A stretch of 63,561 nt of DNA, filler included, from Octopus bimaculoides (Eukaryota), in the NCBI RefSeq assembly GCF_001194135.2. It is 5 parts of 5 records of this genome, joined end to end, with 100 filler letters (N's around TTAATTAATTAA, not from the genome) between each part and the next. Parts side by side here need not be neighbours in the genome. Positions count along the whole stretch, not along the records: positions 19,458 to 50,874 come from NC_069005.1; positions 50,975 to 58,510 come from NC_068991.1; 3 more parts are not named here. One strand, written 5' to 3'. The notes under the pieces were generated by a model. It worked only from the letters and a program-made list of their open reading frames with translations, ran no database searches and was not told the origin of the DNA. Shown here piece after piece: positions 45,499-58,149 of this stretch. Both the position numbers and the translations under genes were made by a program. Numbering within the stretch: position 1 is the first letter of the stretch; the number at the start of each line of letters is the position of its first letter.

Positions 45499-46319
45499 AC
45501 TATATAAAATATATACATATATATAAAATAAAAATAAATGCGCCCTTTTAAAGCCTAGCCAGGCTCATGGGCCCGGTTTCCCAGTTTCAATGGCGTATGT
45601 GNNNNNNNNNNNNNNNNNNNNNNNNNNNNNNNNNNNNNNNNNNNNNNNNNNNNNNNNNNNNNNNNNNNNNNNNNNNNNNNNNNNNNNNNNNNNNNNNNNN
45701 NNNNNNNNNNNNNNNNNNNNNNNNNNNNNNNNNNNNNNNNNNNNNNNNNNNNNNNNNNNNNNNNNNNNNNNNNNNNNNNNNNNNNNNNNNNNNNNNNNNN
45801 NNNNNNNNNNNNNNNNNNNNNNNNNNNNNNNNNNNNNNNNNNNNNNNNNNNNNNNNNNNNNNNNNNNNNNNNNNNNNNNNNNNNNNNNNNNNNNNNNNNN
45901 NNNNNNNNNNNNNNNNNNNNNNNNNNNNNNNNNNNNNNNNNNNNNNNNNNNNNNNNNNNNNNNNNNNNNNNNNNNNNNNNNNNNNNNNNNNNNNNNNNNN
46001 NNNNNNNNNNNNNNNNNNNNNNNNNNNNNNNNNNNNNNNNNNNNNNNNNNNNNNNNNNNNNNNNNNNNNNNNNNNNNNNNNNNNNNNNNNNNNNNNNNNT
46101 ATATATATATATATATATGTATGTAAATAACTACTAAAAGACTGTATCCTTTATTTACTGCATTAGCTTATATTTAAAATAAATTGTATTAAATAAAGAT
46201 TTTCAATGCCAGTCAAAAATGAAGCAGGAAGTAAGAAATGTTGGTTCTTCTAGTGTTAAAAAACAGTTCTTAAGGTAACACAGCCATTAAATAATATGAC
46301 TTTATGTCAGGTATGGGTG

Positions 46320-46660
46320 ATATGTACTGGGTCTTGGCTCTCTGTTGGTTACAACATTGAGGGTTCCAACTGATCTGATCAATGGACCAGGCTGTTTGTG
46401 GAATTAATGTGCAAGCGGCTGAGCACTCCACAAACATGTGTACCCTTAATGTAGTCCTCAGGGAGATTCAGTGTGACACAGAAAGTGACAAGGCTGGCCA
46501 TCTGAACTACAGGTATATCTTGTTTTTGTCAGCTGAGTGGACTGGAGCAATGAGAAAATAAAGTGTCTTGCTCAAGGATACAACATACCACCAGGATTAG
46601 AACTCACAACTTTACAACTGGGAGCGAAATATCCTTGTCATTTAACCATGCGCCTATGGG
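46320..46660 (-). mobile_element. tRNA-derived SINE, family C tail with an alternative head (degenerate)
   Basis: Tail ggccagccttgtcac...gaggactacattaagggtacacatg...gtggagtgctcagcc...ggaaccctc is shared with 51600-51790. The head (atccttgagcaagacacttt) is shared with 60865-61000. Confidence 0.75.
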
Positions 46661-47319
46661 GGAAGGAGGTATAATGAGATGTGACCTTGCCACATAACTA
46701 CTAATGAAATTTAAGCAATTTTGCATAAGTTTGTACTAACAGGCTCTAATATTTTGGCTTGTTAGTGGCAGTGGGAGTAATAACAAGAGAAAGAGAACAA
46801 GAGTGGGTATGTGAGACAAAGAGGGACTGAACACTGAACCAGCATGCTGAACTAACACCGATGGTAATGGGTTGATAGTAATAATATGAGCTGTAGTTGT
46901 GATAGAGGCAGAGGCAGCAGTGATGGTGGTGGTGGTGGTGGTGATAGCCAAGGTCCTCAGGGATGAGGGTGAGAGTAAGTGATGTGAAAAACAGTGGTGA
47001 CGGTGGTGGAAAGGAAGGTGGCGAAGTCAAAGGTATCGATGGTGGTAGTGTCAGAAGTTTGAATGGTGTATGGCAGATGTGGTGGTGATGGTAGTAGTAC
47101 TGTTCTTTATCAAGCAGCTTTGCAATAAGTTCCAAGTCGACAAATTATATCATTGTTTTGATGAAGTTCTTCATTGCTTGAAAAATATTGTTCAAGTTTA
47201 ATACAATTTAATATGTACTCAATGCATGAAGTGTCATTGTTGGGCCCAGGGCCCAATGAGGAGCCCTCCACAGGAACTAGCTTAGAAGCCACCTGATAGG
47301 GTGGCTTTTAAGCTAGTAT

Positions 47320-47833
47320 AATAATATAATATAATAAATGCGACTGTCAGTGTGTGACACTTTTTCAACTTTACTCCTAGAGGCCGTAGCCCAACATATA
47401 CCATTTTGGAATCAGGCTGACTCCGTGCGTAAATTAAAAACATCCTAAACCGAATCCAAACCGACAATTCTGAAATTATGAATTCCCAAGTTCTCATTAC
47501 TGTGATTGTTTTTGGCGATTATATTTACATGACTTTTTGTGACAAATTTTTTTGTACGATAACAATTTTTATAATCTATAGGGTAACTCTGTGAGTAAAT
47601 TAAAAACATTTCGGGCCAAATCCGGACCTGCAATCCTGAAATTTGGGATTCTTATGTTTTCATTACTGCGATTTTCTGGGATTTTTGTTTTACATGATTG
47701 TTTGCGACGAATATGATCATCATTGGGATATGACCACGGAGGAAGCAATTGCAACAAATTCTCTAAAACAAGTCAGAGATCTGTTTGCAGATCTTCCCAT
47801 TCAGGGTCAATTGCTTAAAAGTTATATACTAGC
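47320..47833 (+). mobile_element. Possible non-autonomous Helitron-like element with an internal ~170-bp duplication
   Basis: AT-rich tataataatataat start and ...atactag end. Duplicated unit aaattaaaaacat...ctgaaatt...cattactg at about 47430 and 47598. Termini are not canonical. Confidence 0.35.
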
Positions 47834-48184
47834 TTAAACTAGTATATATATGGTTCAAATGTACAGAAAACAAAAGACAGAGACTGGTGAAGGATCAACA
47901 AGTAGGTGTATTAGCTTCATGCTTGGGAAAAACAGAGAAGTCATTGACATTTTGAGCCTTGACAGAAAGGAATGAGAAGAAAAAAAATGGGGAGAGAGAG
48001 AAGAGGAGAAGGAAAATGTATCTGGATTAATGGTTCCACACACACACATACATACAAGGTTTCCTTTAGTTTCCCTCTATCAAATTCCCTTACAAGACTT
48101 AAATCAGTCTGGAGCTATAGTAGAAGACACTCATGCAGTGAGACTGAACTTGAAACTATGTGGTTAGGAAACAAACTTTTAAAC

Positions 48185-48443
48185 CAGTGGTTTTCAACTG
48201 GGGTCTGTATGACCCTTAGGGGGTCCATATAAGATTTTTTGGTTAAAATCTATGAGAAATGACTTAGTTATACTTCTCCAATACACAAAATAGCTTAACA
48301 ATTTTTTAAAATAAAATTCCCAATAATATTTAGTTATGAAAATGTAATAAAATTATTTAAGCATTCAATGGCTATGAGAGGGTTCACCCAAGTAAAATAG
48401 GAATCAAAGAGGTCCAGAGATAAAAACTGGTTGAGAACAACTG
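48185..48443. mobile_element. hAT (Charlie-like) MITE, older copy
   Basis: TIRs CAGTGGTTTTCAA / TTGAGAACAACTG; flanks ttttaaac/ttctacat match at only 5 of 8 positions. Confidence 0.75.
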
Positions 48444-50767
48444 TTCTACATGCCTGTTATAAACCAAAATAAAAGTTCAACCACTGAAGCCAACTGCACT
48501 CTTTACCATCTTAGAAATGCTTTTATCAAACTGACATGTAATAACTTGTTGCACAAGCTAACATAAAGATGTCACCTATCAAACTATTAATGCATATGCA
48601 AATCGGTCATGAAGTCACCAACACCTGAGATTTTGTGACTGAATAGCATAGGTGATATTTACTAATAAACTAATAACTGTACTATTTTATGGATCTAATG
48701 GAAATGGCATAGGGACAAAAGATTGATAGTAGTAAATACAAAACACAAGTTGTTGTTTAATATCAATAAACTGGGTTTCCATGACAACTGGAAAAATACC
48801 AGGTGAGTGTAGAGGAACTGGAATTGTCCTCTTCAGTTCATAAACTTTTGAGGAAGCAGAATAAATCTCCTTTTGAATTGGTTTTCAATGTACATATAAA
48901 GCTATAGATAATAGAACGTAAATATTGATTTCAAATTTTGGTACAAAGCCAGGAATTTCAGGGAAGGGGTTAAGTCGATTACATCGACCCCAGTGCTCAA
49001 CTGGTACTCATTTTATTAACCCTGAAAGGATGAAAGGCAAGTTTGACCTCAGAACATAAAGACAGATCAAATGCCGCTAAGCATTTTGTCCAGTGTGCAA
49101 ACATTCATATATACATACACAAAAGCACAGATACATGCACACACATACACACACAAACACATATACATACATTCACACACACACATTTCCCTTCTATTTG
49201 CTGTGTCCTAAATAAGCTATTTATTAAATACAACTCATTCATTTACCTATGTGAGACTTGCTCCAAACTTTTAGGTCACCTCACTATTTTTTTGTCATCT
49301 ATTTCAGAGATTTTTGACCACAAAGAAAAGAGGTGGGGATGGCAACATTCATGAAATATTTTATTATTTGGGTGACTTGTTAACAGACATACTTCTGTAA
49401 ATAATACGAATCATATGCTAAACTAATCAATGACTGAAAAACCACCAGGTTACCAAAATGAAGCTTCTGTGATATTCAATTTGAAATTGATAACTATAAA
49501 CAGAAAAAGAACAAAGAAAATGAGTATATATTTTTTTATGTGTATCTACAATGTGTCTTGACAGGAAACATCATCCTTTAACATCTGTTTCCCATACTGG
49601 AATGTGTTGAATGGTTGGAGAATAACTGGCAAGCCAGAGAACTGCATCAGGCTCTAATGTTGGCTTTGGTATGATTTCTACAGCTAAATGTACACAGTGT
49701 ACAGGGTACTTTTTACGTGGCACCAGCATTACTGAGGTTAGCAACTAACAATAAGAGTAATATTGAGAGAGGTAGCTTTATGCCAAGTGACGAGAGGGAG
49801 ACAGTAACAGTCATGTCGCTGTAGGGGAGAAACATGGTTACCCTGGTTGCAACAAGAGACTGATGGTGAAGAAGTTTCAGGGTATACCGTGAAGTTACAG
49901 GAAGGTGAATAAAGAGAATTGTTGTGGGACCACAAAGAAGGAAACAACTAGCAGAAATGGAATAAAGTTTGTAAACATTGTGAACATATTCTGGGGTGAA
50001 TTTAATGATTGAGTGAATGAGAGAAACCAGAATTAAAAGAATAATCACATGAATATTTAAATTTGAATGAAGGAAGGTATTATATTTGAAACAAGGGTAA
50101 AAAAAATGGTGTAGTCAAAAAACAAAAAAAATAAGGAAGTTAATATGTGTATTAATGAAGGATGTTTATTCATGTTACTTTATTGACTAAATACATAATT
50201 ATATATAATCATAAGTAAATTACCAAATAAGTATATAAAAATCTGAAGAGCAGGGCACTGGCATGGATGGCTGTGTAATAAAGAAGCACACTTTGCAACT
50301 ATGTGGTTTTGAGTTCAGTCCCACAGTGCAGCACCTTGGGTAAAGGTCTATTATAGCCCCAGCTTGGAACATGGATGTATGATGATGATATTATCTACAT
50401 ATATATATATGTAGCACGAAGTACTGAAGGACAACTTCAGGATGCTGAACCTTCTGGACAAGATGACAAAGGACTGGGATACCTGGTACTTTGCTGTTTT
50501 CAAGAAAGTCCGTCCTCCATGAGTCCTGTGATGGTGGTGTCATGTAGAAAAACATGTGAACCAGTACCACATAAAAGCACTGATACCAGTGCTATGTTAA
50601 AAGCACCCATCACACAATGTAAAGTGGTTGGCATTAGAAAGAGTATCCAGCTATAGAAACCAGGCCAGATTCTCCAGAGGAACCTGGTGCAGCTTGCCAG
50701 CTCTGGTCAAGCTGTCCAACCCATGCCAGCATGGAAAACGGATGTTAAAGGATGATGATGATGATGA

Positions 50768-50874
50768 TCTATATATATATAAAAATGAGAATGTGTGTCT
50801 GTCTGTCTGTGTGAATCCCTAAAACTCGAGAACTACACAACCAATTTCATTCAAATTTTACAGATGCCTTACTT
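50768..50874 (+). mobile_element. Helitron 5' end running into a gap
   Basis: A|TCTATATATATATAAAAATGAGAATGTG, the same 5' signature as the element ending at 9526. Confidence 0.6.
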
Positions 50875-51405
50875 NNNNNNNNNNNNNNNNNNNNNNNNNN
50901 NNNNNNNNNNNNNNNNNNTTAATTAATTAANNNNNNNNNNNNNNNNNNNNNNNNNNNNNNNNNNNNNNNNNNNNTGTGTGTGTGTGTGTGTGTCTATTGG
51001 TTGGCTGGTAGATGGGTTGGGGTAGAGAGCGTGTGGTAAAAAGGAGACCCGTATGGTGCAACGCAAGGCGAAGAAGTCGAAGTGGGAGGACATTTCGCCA
51101 AGTTCCATGCGACGTTCTCCAGCATCACCACCACCACCATCATCGTCCGCAGCAAACTTCTGCTGCATCAACAGAAGCTGCACCATCTTCAACAGCGGCA
51201 GTAGCAGCAGCAGCGACAACAGCAGCGGCACCAAGAACAGCAGCAACAACGTTTAGCCCATGACAAATAGAAGAATGGTAAATTTAGAAGTGTCCGTTAA
51301 AAGTGTAATCGATCATGAGGATATACCTATTCAACACGCTTATACAAACACAAGCATACATATAATATACACTCGTATACATGCATACTATATACACACA
51401 CTCGT

Positions 51406-51790
51406 GGAGACGAAATGGCCCAGTGGTTAGGGCAGCGGACTCGCGGACATAGGATCGCGGTTTCGATTCCCAGACCGGGCGTTGTGAGTGTTTATTGAGC
51501 AAAAACACGTAAAAGCTCCACGAGACTCCAGCAGGGGATGGTGGCGAACCCTGCTGTACTCTTCCACCACAACTTTCTCTCGCTCTTTCTTCCTGTTTCT
51601 GTTGTGCCTGTATTTCAAAGGGGCCAGCCTTATCACACTGTGTCACGCTGGATATCCCCGAGAACTACGTTAAGGGTACACGTGTCTGTGGAGTGCTCAT
51701 CCACTTGCACGTTAATTTCACGAGCAGGCTGTTCCGTTTGATCTGTTCAACTGGAACCCTCGACGTCGTAAGCGACGGAGTGCCAACATT
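51406..51790 (+). mobile_element. tRNA-derived SINE family C (well preserved)
   Basis: Head ggcccagtggttagggcagcggactcgcgg...ggtttcgattccc (A and B boxes), a central domain, and tail ...gaactacgttaagggtacacgtg...cgtcgtaagcgacggagtgcca. Confidence 0.85.
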
Positions 51791-51864
51791 ATACACACAC
51801 AAACACACACACACACATAAACACACACAAATACACACATACATATATACATACATTATATACG

Positions 51865-52310
51865 CCGGCGTGGCTGTGTGGTGAGAAGCTCGCTTCCCAA
51901 CCACATGATTCTGATTTCAGTCCCACTGCGTGGCAACTTGGGAAGGTGTCTTCTACCATAGCCACGGGCCGACCAAAGCTTTGTGAGTGGATTTGGTAGA
52001 CGGAAACTGAAAATAAGCCCGTCGTACACACACACACTCACGCATACAGACACACACATACGCACACACACACACACACAGCAACACATACATATACATA
52101 TGTTTATGTGTGTGTGTCTTTATAGCTGTGTTTGTTATCCCCCCACCAACATCGCTTGACAACCGATGTTGGTGTGTTTATGTCCCCGTAAATCAGCGGT
52201 GTTCGGCATAAGAGACCGATAGTATAAGTACTAGGCTTCGACTAAAAAAACCCATTAAGACGGTACTCCAGCATGGCCACAGTCGAATGACTGCAACAAG
52301 TAAAAGAATG
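51865..52310 (+). mobile_element. SINE family A with expanded internal (CA)n
   Basis: Family A head, core and tail around a ~100-nt microsatellite. Confidence 0.85.
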
Positions 52311-53002
52311 ACAGTGATTTCGAAGTTTCGGCCTACCTAATGACCGGACAGTTAAACGAATGTAAAGTNNNNNNNNNNNNNNNNNNNNNNNNNNNNNNNN
52401 NNNNNNNNNNNNNNNNNNNNNNNNNNNNNNNNNNNNNNNNNNNNNNNNNNNNNNNNNNNNNNNNNNNNNNNNNNNNNNNNNNNNNNNNNNNNNNNNNNNN
52501 NNNNNNNNNNNNNNNNNNNNNNNNNNNNNNNNNNNNNNNNNNNNNNNNNNNNNNNNNNNNNNNNNNNNNNNNNNNNNNNNNNNNNNNNNNNNNNNNNNNN
52601 NNNNNNNNNNNNNNNNNNNNNNNNNNNNNNNNNNNNNNNNNNNNNNNNNNNNNNNNNNNNNNNNNNNNNNNNNNNNNNNNNNNNNNNNNNNNNNNNNNNN
52701 NNNNNNNNNNNNNNNNNNNNNNNNNNNNNNNNNNNNNNNNNNNNNNNNNNNNNNNNNNNNNNNNNNNNNNNNNNNNNNNNNNNNNNNNNNNNNNNNNNNN
52801 NNNNNNNNNNNNNNNNNNNNNNNNNNNNNNNNNNNNNNNNNNNNNNNNNNNNNNNNNNNNNNNNNNNNNNNNNNNNNNNNNNNNNNNNNNNNNNNNNNNN
52901 NNNNNNNNNNNNNNNNNNNNNNNNNNNNNNNNNNNNNNNNNNNNNNNNNNNNNNNNNNNNNNNNNNNNNNNNNNNNNNNNNNNNNNNNNNNNNNNNNNNN
53001 NN

Positions 53003-53040
<38 letters not shown>

Positions 53041-53127
53041 GGAGAGAGTAAGAGATAGAGAGACAGATGCTCTCTTAGTAATCTCTTACGAAATTGCTGA
53101 CCTTATATCAAAACTTGAAACGAAGAA

Positions 53128-53342
53128 TAAGGCGGTGAGTTGGCAGAAACGTTAAGCACACCGGGCGACATGCTTGACGGTATTTCGTCTACTGCTACCT
53201 TGTGAGTTCAAATCCCACCGAGGTCGACTTTCCGTTTCATCCTTTCAGGGTCGATAAATTAAGTACCAGTTGCATACTGTTTTCGATCTAATCGACTGGC
53301 CCTCTCCCCCAAAATCTCGGGCTTTGTATCTAGAGTAGAAAA
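53128..53342 (+). mobile_element. SINE family B
   Basis: aaggcggtgagttggcagaaacgttaagcacaccgggcg...gagttcaaatcccaccgaggtcgac. Confidence 0.85.
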
Positions 53343-53984
53343 GTATACTGAAAACATGCGGCATAATGATTAGTGCATTACACTCATGGTCACAAAGCCG
53401 TAGTTTCAAATTCCCGAGTCAGGTGGTGCTGCGTGCTTTTTTTTTCTTTTTTCTTTTTGAACGAAGCTCTACGATGGGCTGTATCTTTATGCCCGTAACA
53501 TTGATGCTAATAAATACAGCAGGACATACCTATATTCCTGGGGTACCCTAAATCACATATACACATCATTTATATGCCGGTGTGATTATTATAAATATTT
53601 TGAAAGTCAGAGATAAATTCTTTCTACTATAGGCACAAGTTCTGAAATTTTGGTGGAGAGGGCTAATCATTTATATCGATCCTCGAGGCTCGAGTTGGTA
53701 GTCATTTTATTGACTCCGAAAATTGAGATATATATTAATTACAGTCGTATAGTCTACGTGAATATCAACATCATCATCATCATCATCATTTAACGTCTGT
53801 TGTCCATGCTGGCATGGGATGGATGGTTTGACCAGGGCTGGTGAACTGAGGGGCAGCATCAGACTCCAGTTTGATTTCACATGGGTTTTATGCGGCTCGG
53901 TTCCCTTCCTAAAGCCAACCACTCTGAGAATATAATAATGGGTGCTTAAAATTTTAGATATGAAATTTACTCAAGTAAATATGG

Positions 53985-54327
53985 GCGCAGGAGTGTTATA
54001 AGTAGCTTGCTCACCAACCAGTCCCACTGCGTGGCACCTTGGGCAAGTGTCTTCTACTATAGCCGCGCGCCGACCAAAGCCCTGTGAGTGGATTTGGTAG
54101 ACGGAAACTGAAAGAAGCCCGACGTATATATGTATGTATATATATATATATATATNNNNNNNNNNNNNNNNNNNNNNNNNNNNNNNNNNNNNNNNNNNNN
54201 NNNNNNNNNNNNNNNNNNNNNNNNNNNNNNNNNNNNNNNNNNNNNNNNNNNNNNNNNNNNNNNNNNNNNNNNNNNNNNNNNNNNNNNNNNNNNNNNNNNN
54301 NNNNNNNNNNNNNNNNNNNNNNNNNNN

Positions 54328-54363
<36 letters not shown>

Positions 54364-54585
54364 TGTGTCCGTGTTTGTGTGTCTGTGTTTGTCCCCCTAA
54401 CATCGCTTGACAACCGATTCAGGTGTGTTTACGTCCCCGTAAATTAGCGGTTCGGCAAAAAGAGACCGATAAAATAAGTACTAGGCTTACAAAGAATAAG
54501 TCCTGAGGTCGATTTGCTCGACTAAAGGCGGTGCTCCAGCATGGCCGCAGTCAAATGACTGAGACAAGTAAAAGAGTAAAGAGAG
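53985..54585 (+). mobile_element. SINE family A with a long internal microsatellite and gap
   Basis: Family A head/core at 53985-54125, (TA)n-gap-(TG)n, then tail at 54360-54585. Confidence 0.88.
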
Positions 54586-54815
54586 AGTAAGTCCAGACCT
54601 GACAGCCATCCGTCTTTACGTTTTGAGTTCAAATTCCGCAGAAGTGGACTTCGCCGTTCGTCGTTTTCCGGAGGTCGATAAAATAAGTACCAGTTGATTA
54701 CTGGGGGCTGGGGGGAGGGCAATATAATTGACTTACTCTATCTCCGAAGTTGCTGTCATTTTACCAAAAATTGAAATTTGTAACCAACATGTAACTTGGC
54801 TTTATTTTCACTCAC

Positions 54816-54989
54816 CTATTCGTATAAGCTGTACTGGTATATTATTGTGTGCGCATACATGTGTTTCTACATGTGTATGTATATTGTCGCCGTCATTGTT
54901 GTTATTGTTGTTGTTGTTGCTGCCGCTGTTGTTGTTTTTGCTGTTATTGTTGTTGTTGTTGGAAGGCAATGTTATCGGGTTCGAAGTTA
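54816..54989 (-). other. Candidate upstream exon (174 nt) of the zinc-finger gene
   Basis: Consensus donor TAG|GTGAGT (GT at 54815-54814) and an acceptor gactccAG (54991-54990) downstream of a long T-rich tract. Contains (AAC)n. No transcript evidence. Confidence 0.4.
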
Positions 54990-55454
54990 CTGGAGTCACA
55001 CAGATCCAATTATGGTATAATGAGTTAAAAAAGAAAAAAAAAACATAAATAAAAAATCGTCAGGTACTTTTTAATATCAATATAGCGCTGTTACTCCCTG
55101 TATGATGCCGGCATTAGCCTTCTCATTAAAGCGATTCTTCATACTGAGAGGGTGTCAAGTGCACGAAGAACATGTTTTGTCTTGTAAGCAACGCATAGCA
55201 AAATCCATCTAGGATAGCGTAAAAGACAGCTTTGAGAATATTACGAAATTATCTGCACTGGCTACTGAGATAGAAAAAGAGAACACAATCTCAACGGAAT
55301 ATCGAAGCGAAGCAGAGTCAATTCACGTAGCTGGAACTATATAATGAACCGACAGGTAATCAAGAAAGACTGTGCTATGTCAGAAGTTGGTAAAGTGAAC
55401 GTCGTAATAATAGAACTCGAAGAGGAATGTGGAACTGTGTTAAAAATCGGTACG

Positions 55455-55585
55455 AGACTAATGGGCGCGGCTGATTCGACGCCGAAGATTTGGCGCGGCT
55501 GATAGGACGTTGAGGATTTGGCGTGGCTCGTGGTACGCTGACGATTTGAAACGGCTGACTGGACATTCGGTCTGATTTGGTGATA
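55455..55585. promoter_or_regulatory. CpG-rich candidate promoter with E2F-like and CHR-like motifs in ~28-bp spaced units
   Basis: TTTGGCGC at 55489-55496 (E2F consensus TTTSSCGC), TTTGGCGT at 55517-55524, TTTGAA at 55545-55550 (CHR consensus), and a recurring ggctga motif. Not homologous to the repeats seen elsewhere in the window. Confidence 0.4.
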
Positions 55586-55649
55586 AAATGTTTTGGTGTT
55601 GGAGGTAAACACACATATACACACACAAACGCGCATAAATGTATACATA

Positions 55650-55654
55650 CAGAC

Positions 55655-55721
<67 letters not shown>

Positions 55722-55810
55722 CAGATAGATAGATTGACAGATAGATAGATAGATAGATAGATATATAGATAGATAGTGGGAGAGAGACAGACAGACAGGC
55801 AAAGATAGAC

Positions 55811-55855
<45 letters not shown>

Positions 55856-55980
55856 GAAAGAGAGACATGTAACAAAAGGAGAGAGATATTTTAATTTATG
55901 AATTGAACGCCATTGATATAAACACTTTTCCTCTCCTCAAACACATAAAGGGAAAGAGAGAGACAGCGTGACAGAGAGGC

Positions 55981-56045
<65 letters not shown>
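55650..56045. repeat. (GATA)n and (GA)n microsatellites
   Basis: Directly visible; source of the SIYLSIYL-type spurious ORFs. Confidence 0.95.
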
Positions 56046-56047
<2 letters not shown>

Positions 56048-58149
56048 AAGAAAGCCAAAAAGAGAGATGGAAGGGAAGGTGTGAGAAGGAGAGACAGAGA
56101 GTTTACGAAACAGTGAGAGAAAGAAATGCCCATGTTCTTAGATTAGGATTATCAAAGGATTTAGCAAAGACATCAATCTATGGCGACATCGGCTTGTGCG
56201 TATCTCATTCCATATCTTCTTAACTTTAAATTTTATCTTGTTACAACGAAGCATTGAAACCGACTTTATGTCTTTCACCGTAATTCTTACACGTAATACA
56301 TACGTTTGTGCGTGCCTGAGTGTATAAATGTGCATGCGTGTATAAATTAGGGGTATTTTAGATATGTAATATAGTTATTACAATTCAAGTCTCTCTCTAT
56401 GTGGGTGTTTGTGCTTTCTTTTTCTCTCCAGAAGGAAGAAGCTGGCCGTGCAATCTAGTTTTAATTCAAATGATTGGAAGTAATTTAATGATACAATATG
56501 ATGCCATCATTTCTACTTCCCCAGCGGCAACCGCTATTCATGGCCTCACTGATATGACAGAATCATATCACCAGTATATGATATGACAGAATCATATCAC
56601 CAGTATATGATGATAGGTTTCATGCGCTATCATCGTTAATTATCATGCTCTTGTTAAAGAGCTTTCAAATTTCGCGTAAGGTGCTAGATGATGCTGTGGG
56701 GTTATAGAATGACAGCGTATTCTAACATTATCACAGTCTAAAATGATTCTCTGTAATTATTGTGTTATTCTTCGAATTTCTAATAAGTCTTCCAACAAAA
56801 ATAGATTCTGTTCTACGAAACCAAAACGGTAGCTTTATAGGAATCTTGAGATCTTTTCTGTTTGGCTGCACTTTTTGAAATTTTAGAATTAAATGAAAAT
56901 TTCCAAATTTGGCGCATTGATGAAACTTTTCATGTTGAATCTCAGTGTCTAATTCACTTGTTCCAGAAAAAAAAATTTTTGAAAAGAGTTACTGAGATCT
57001 GAAGTTTGATCATTTTTACCCAGTCAGAAAACGGGATTTGGAAGCTGTCATTTTGTGCGTGACTGCAATCGCAAGACGACAAAACAATACAGTTAACATT
57101 GCGACGATAGCAGGTTTTTTAAGCATTTCATAAGCGAAAAATGAACAAAAAACGAGTAAACAACGCATATTTTGTAGTTTTAGGCAATCAATATGCATTT
57201 AATGCGGAAAAATAAAGAGTAAACAACACATTTTGTAGCTTTAAGGGCAGATAAAGATGGGTACAAGTAGGGAAACAGCGTAAAATATCAGTTTGTAAAC
57301 ATGTGGTCTTCCGTAAATGCTTTTCCAACGCTTGGCTCGTTACTATGGAAATATGTACTTATATGCCTGTGGCTTTCGATTGGCTAAAATTACCCAAAAT
57401 TTGAAATTTTTAAAAACTATTATTAATAAATAAACAGTTGTTTATTTATTGATTTATGGCGAAAATAAATTTCATTTTAATAATCAGCATACAAGACTAC
57501 ATAAATATGAAATCAATTGGAACAAAATTGAAGAAATTGAAAAATGGCAACCAAACAAAAACGATCCGATTCTTGAGTTGTGTCCCAAATCAAATGATGC
57601 TGGAATATGTCTTTGTCCTGGTTTAAGTAAAATGAGGTAAGATCTGACTAAATGCCACTGTTTTAAACCTAATTTTCTTTTCCACTCAATAATTAAGCTG
57701 CAGGATTCAACATCACATCGTCATCATCAACTCTTGGATATTATTGTCTCGGGCCCTGGAAGTCAGTGGGCCGGCTACTCAACGTCCTTGACGTATAAGC
57801 GACCAAGATCAAAACATACTGCGAAACGGAAGTTCAATCTGTCGAAGAGTTACTCATTTATAGCTGAGTGGAACCGAGTAACGTGAACTGAAGCGTTGTG
57901 CTTACGAAAACAGTGCACAAAACAACAGCCGGTCTGGGATCGAAACCACACTCTTGCGATAGTGAGTGCCACACGTTAACCACTAACCCATTGAATATTT
58001 CACAGTGTCCATTGCCAATTGTCTATAAGGGATATTTGCATTTGATAAATTGTAAAATATACATATATAAAATAATCTGGAACTATTTCAAGCGAAAGAA
58101 ACTTCGCGATATAAGTAAATACTTAATTGTTTTTGCTGTTGTATGTTTG

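Noticed and set aside
46736-47292. ORFs with poly-His/Thr/Pro stretches
   Set aside because: Derived from degenerate (GGT)n/(GAT)n repeats; no domain or splice support.
51417-51480. tRNA-like sequence with A and B boxes
   Set aside because: No complete cloverleaf or acceptor stem, and it continues into a multicopy SINE body; it is a SINE head, not a tRNA gene.
55343-55361. Plus-strand ATGAACCGACAG|GTAATC as a possible first coding exon
   Set aside because: Four codons plus a donor-like motif can occur by chance; no downstream plus-strand exons were identified.
56551-56608. Two exact 29-bp tandem copies (gatatgacagaatcatatcaccagtatat)
   Set aside because: Simple local duplication with no spacer; not CRISPR-like and no evidence of function.
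56750-57480. AT-rich block resembling the interior of a non-autonomous DNA transposon
   Set aside because: No TIRs, TSD or second copy could be identified in the window, so it cannot be classified.
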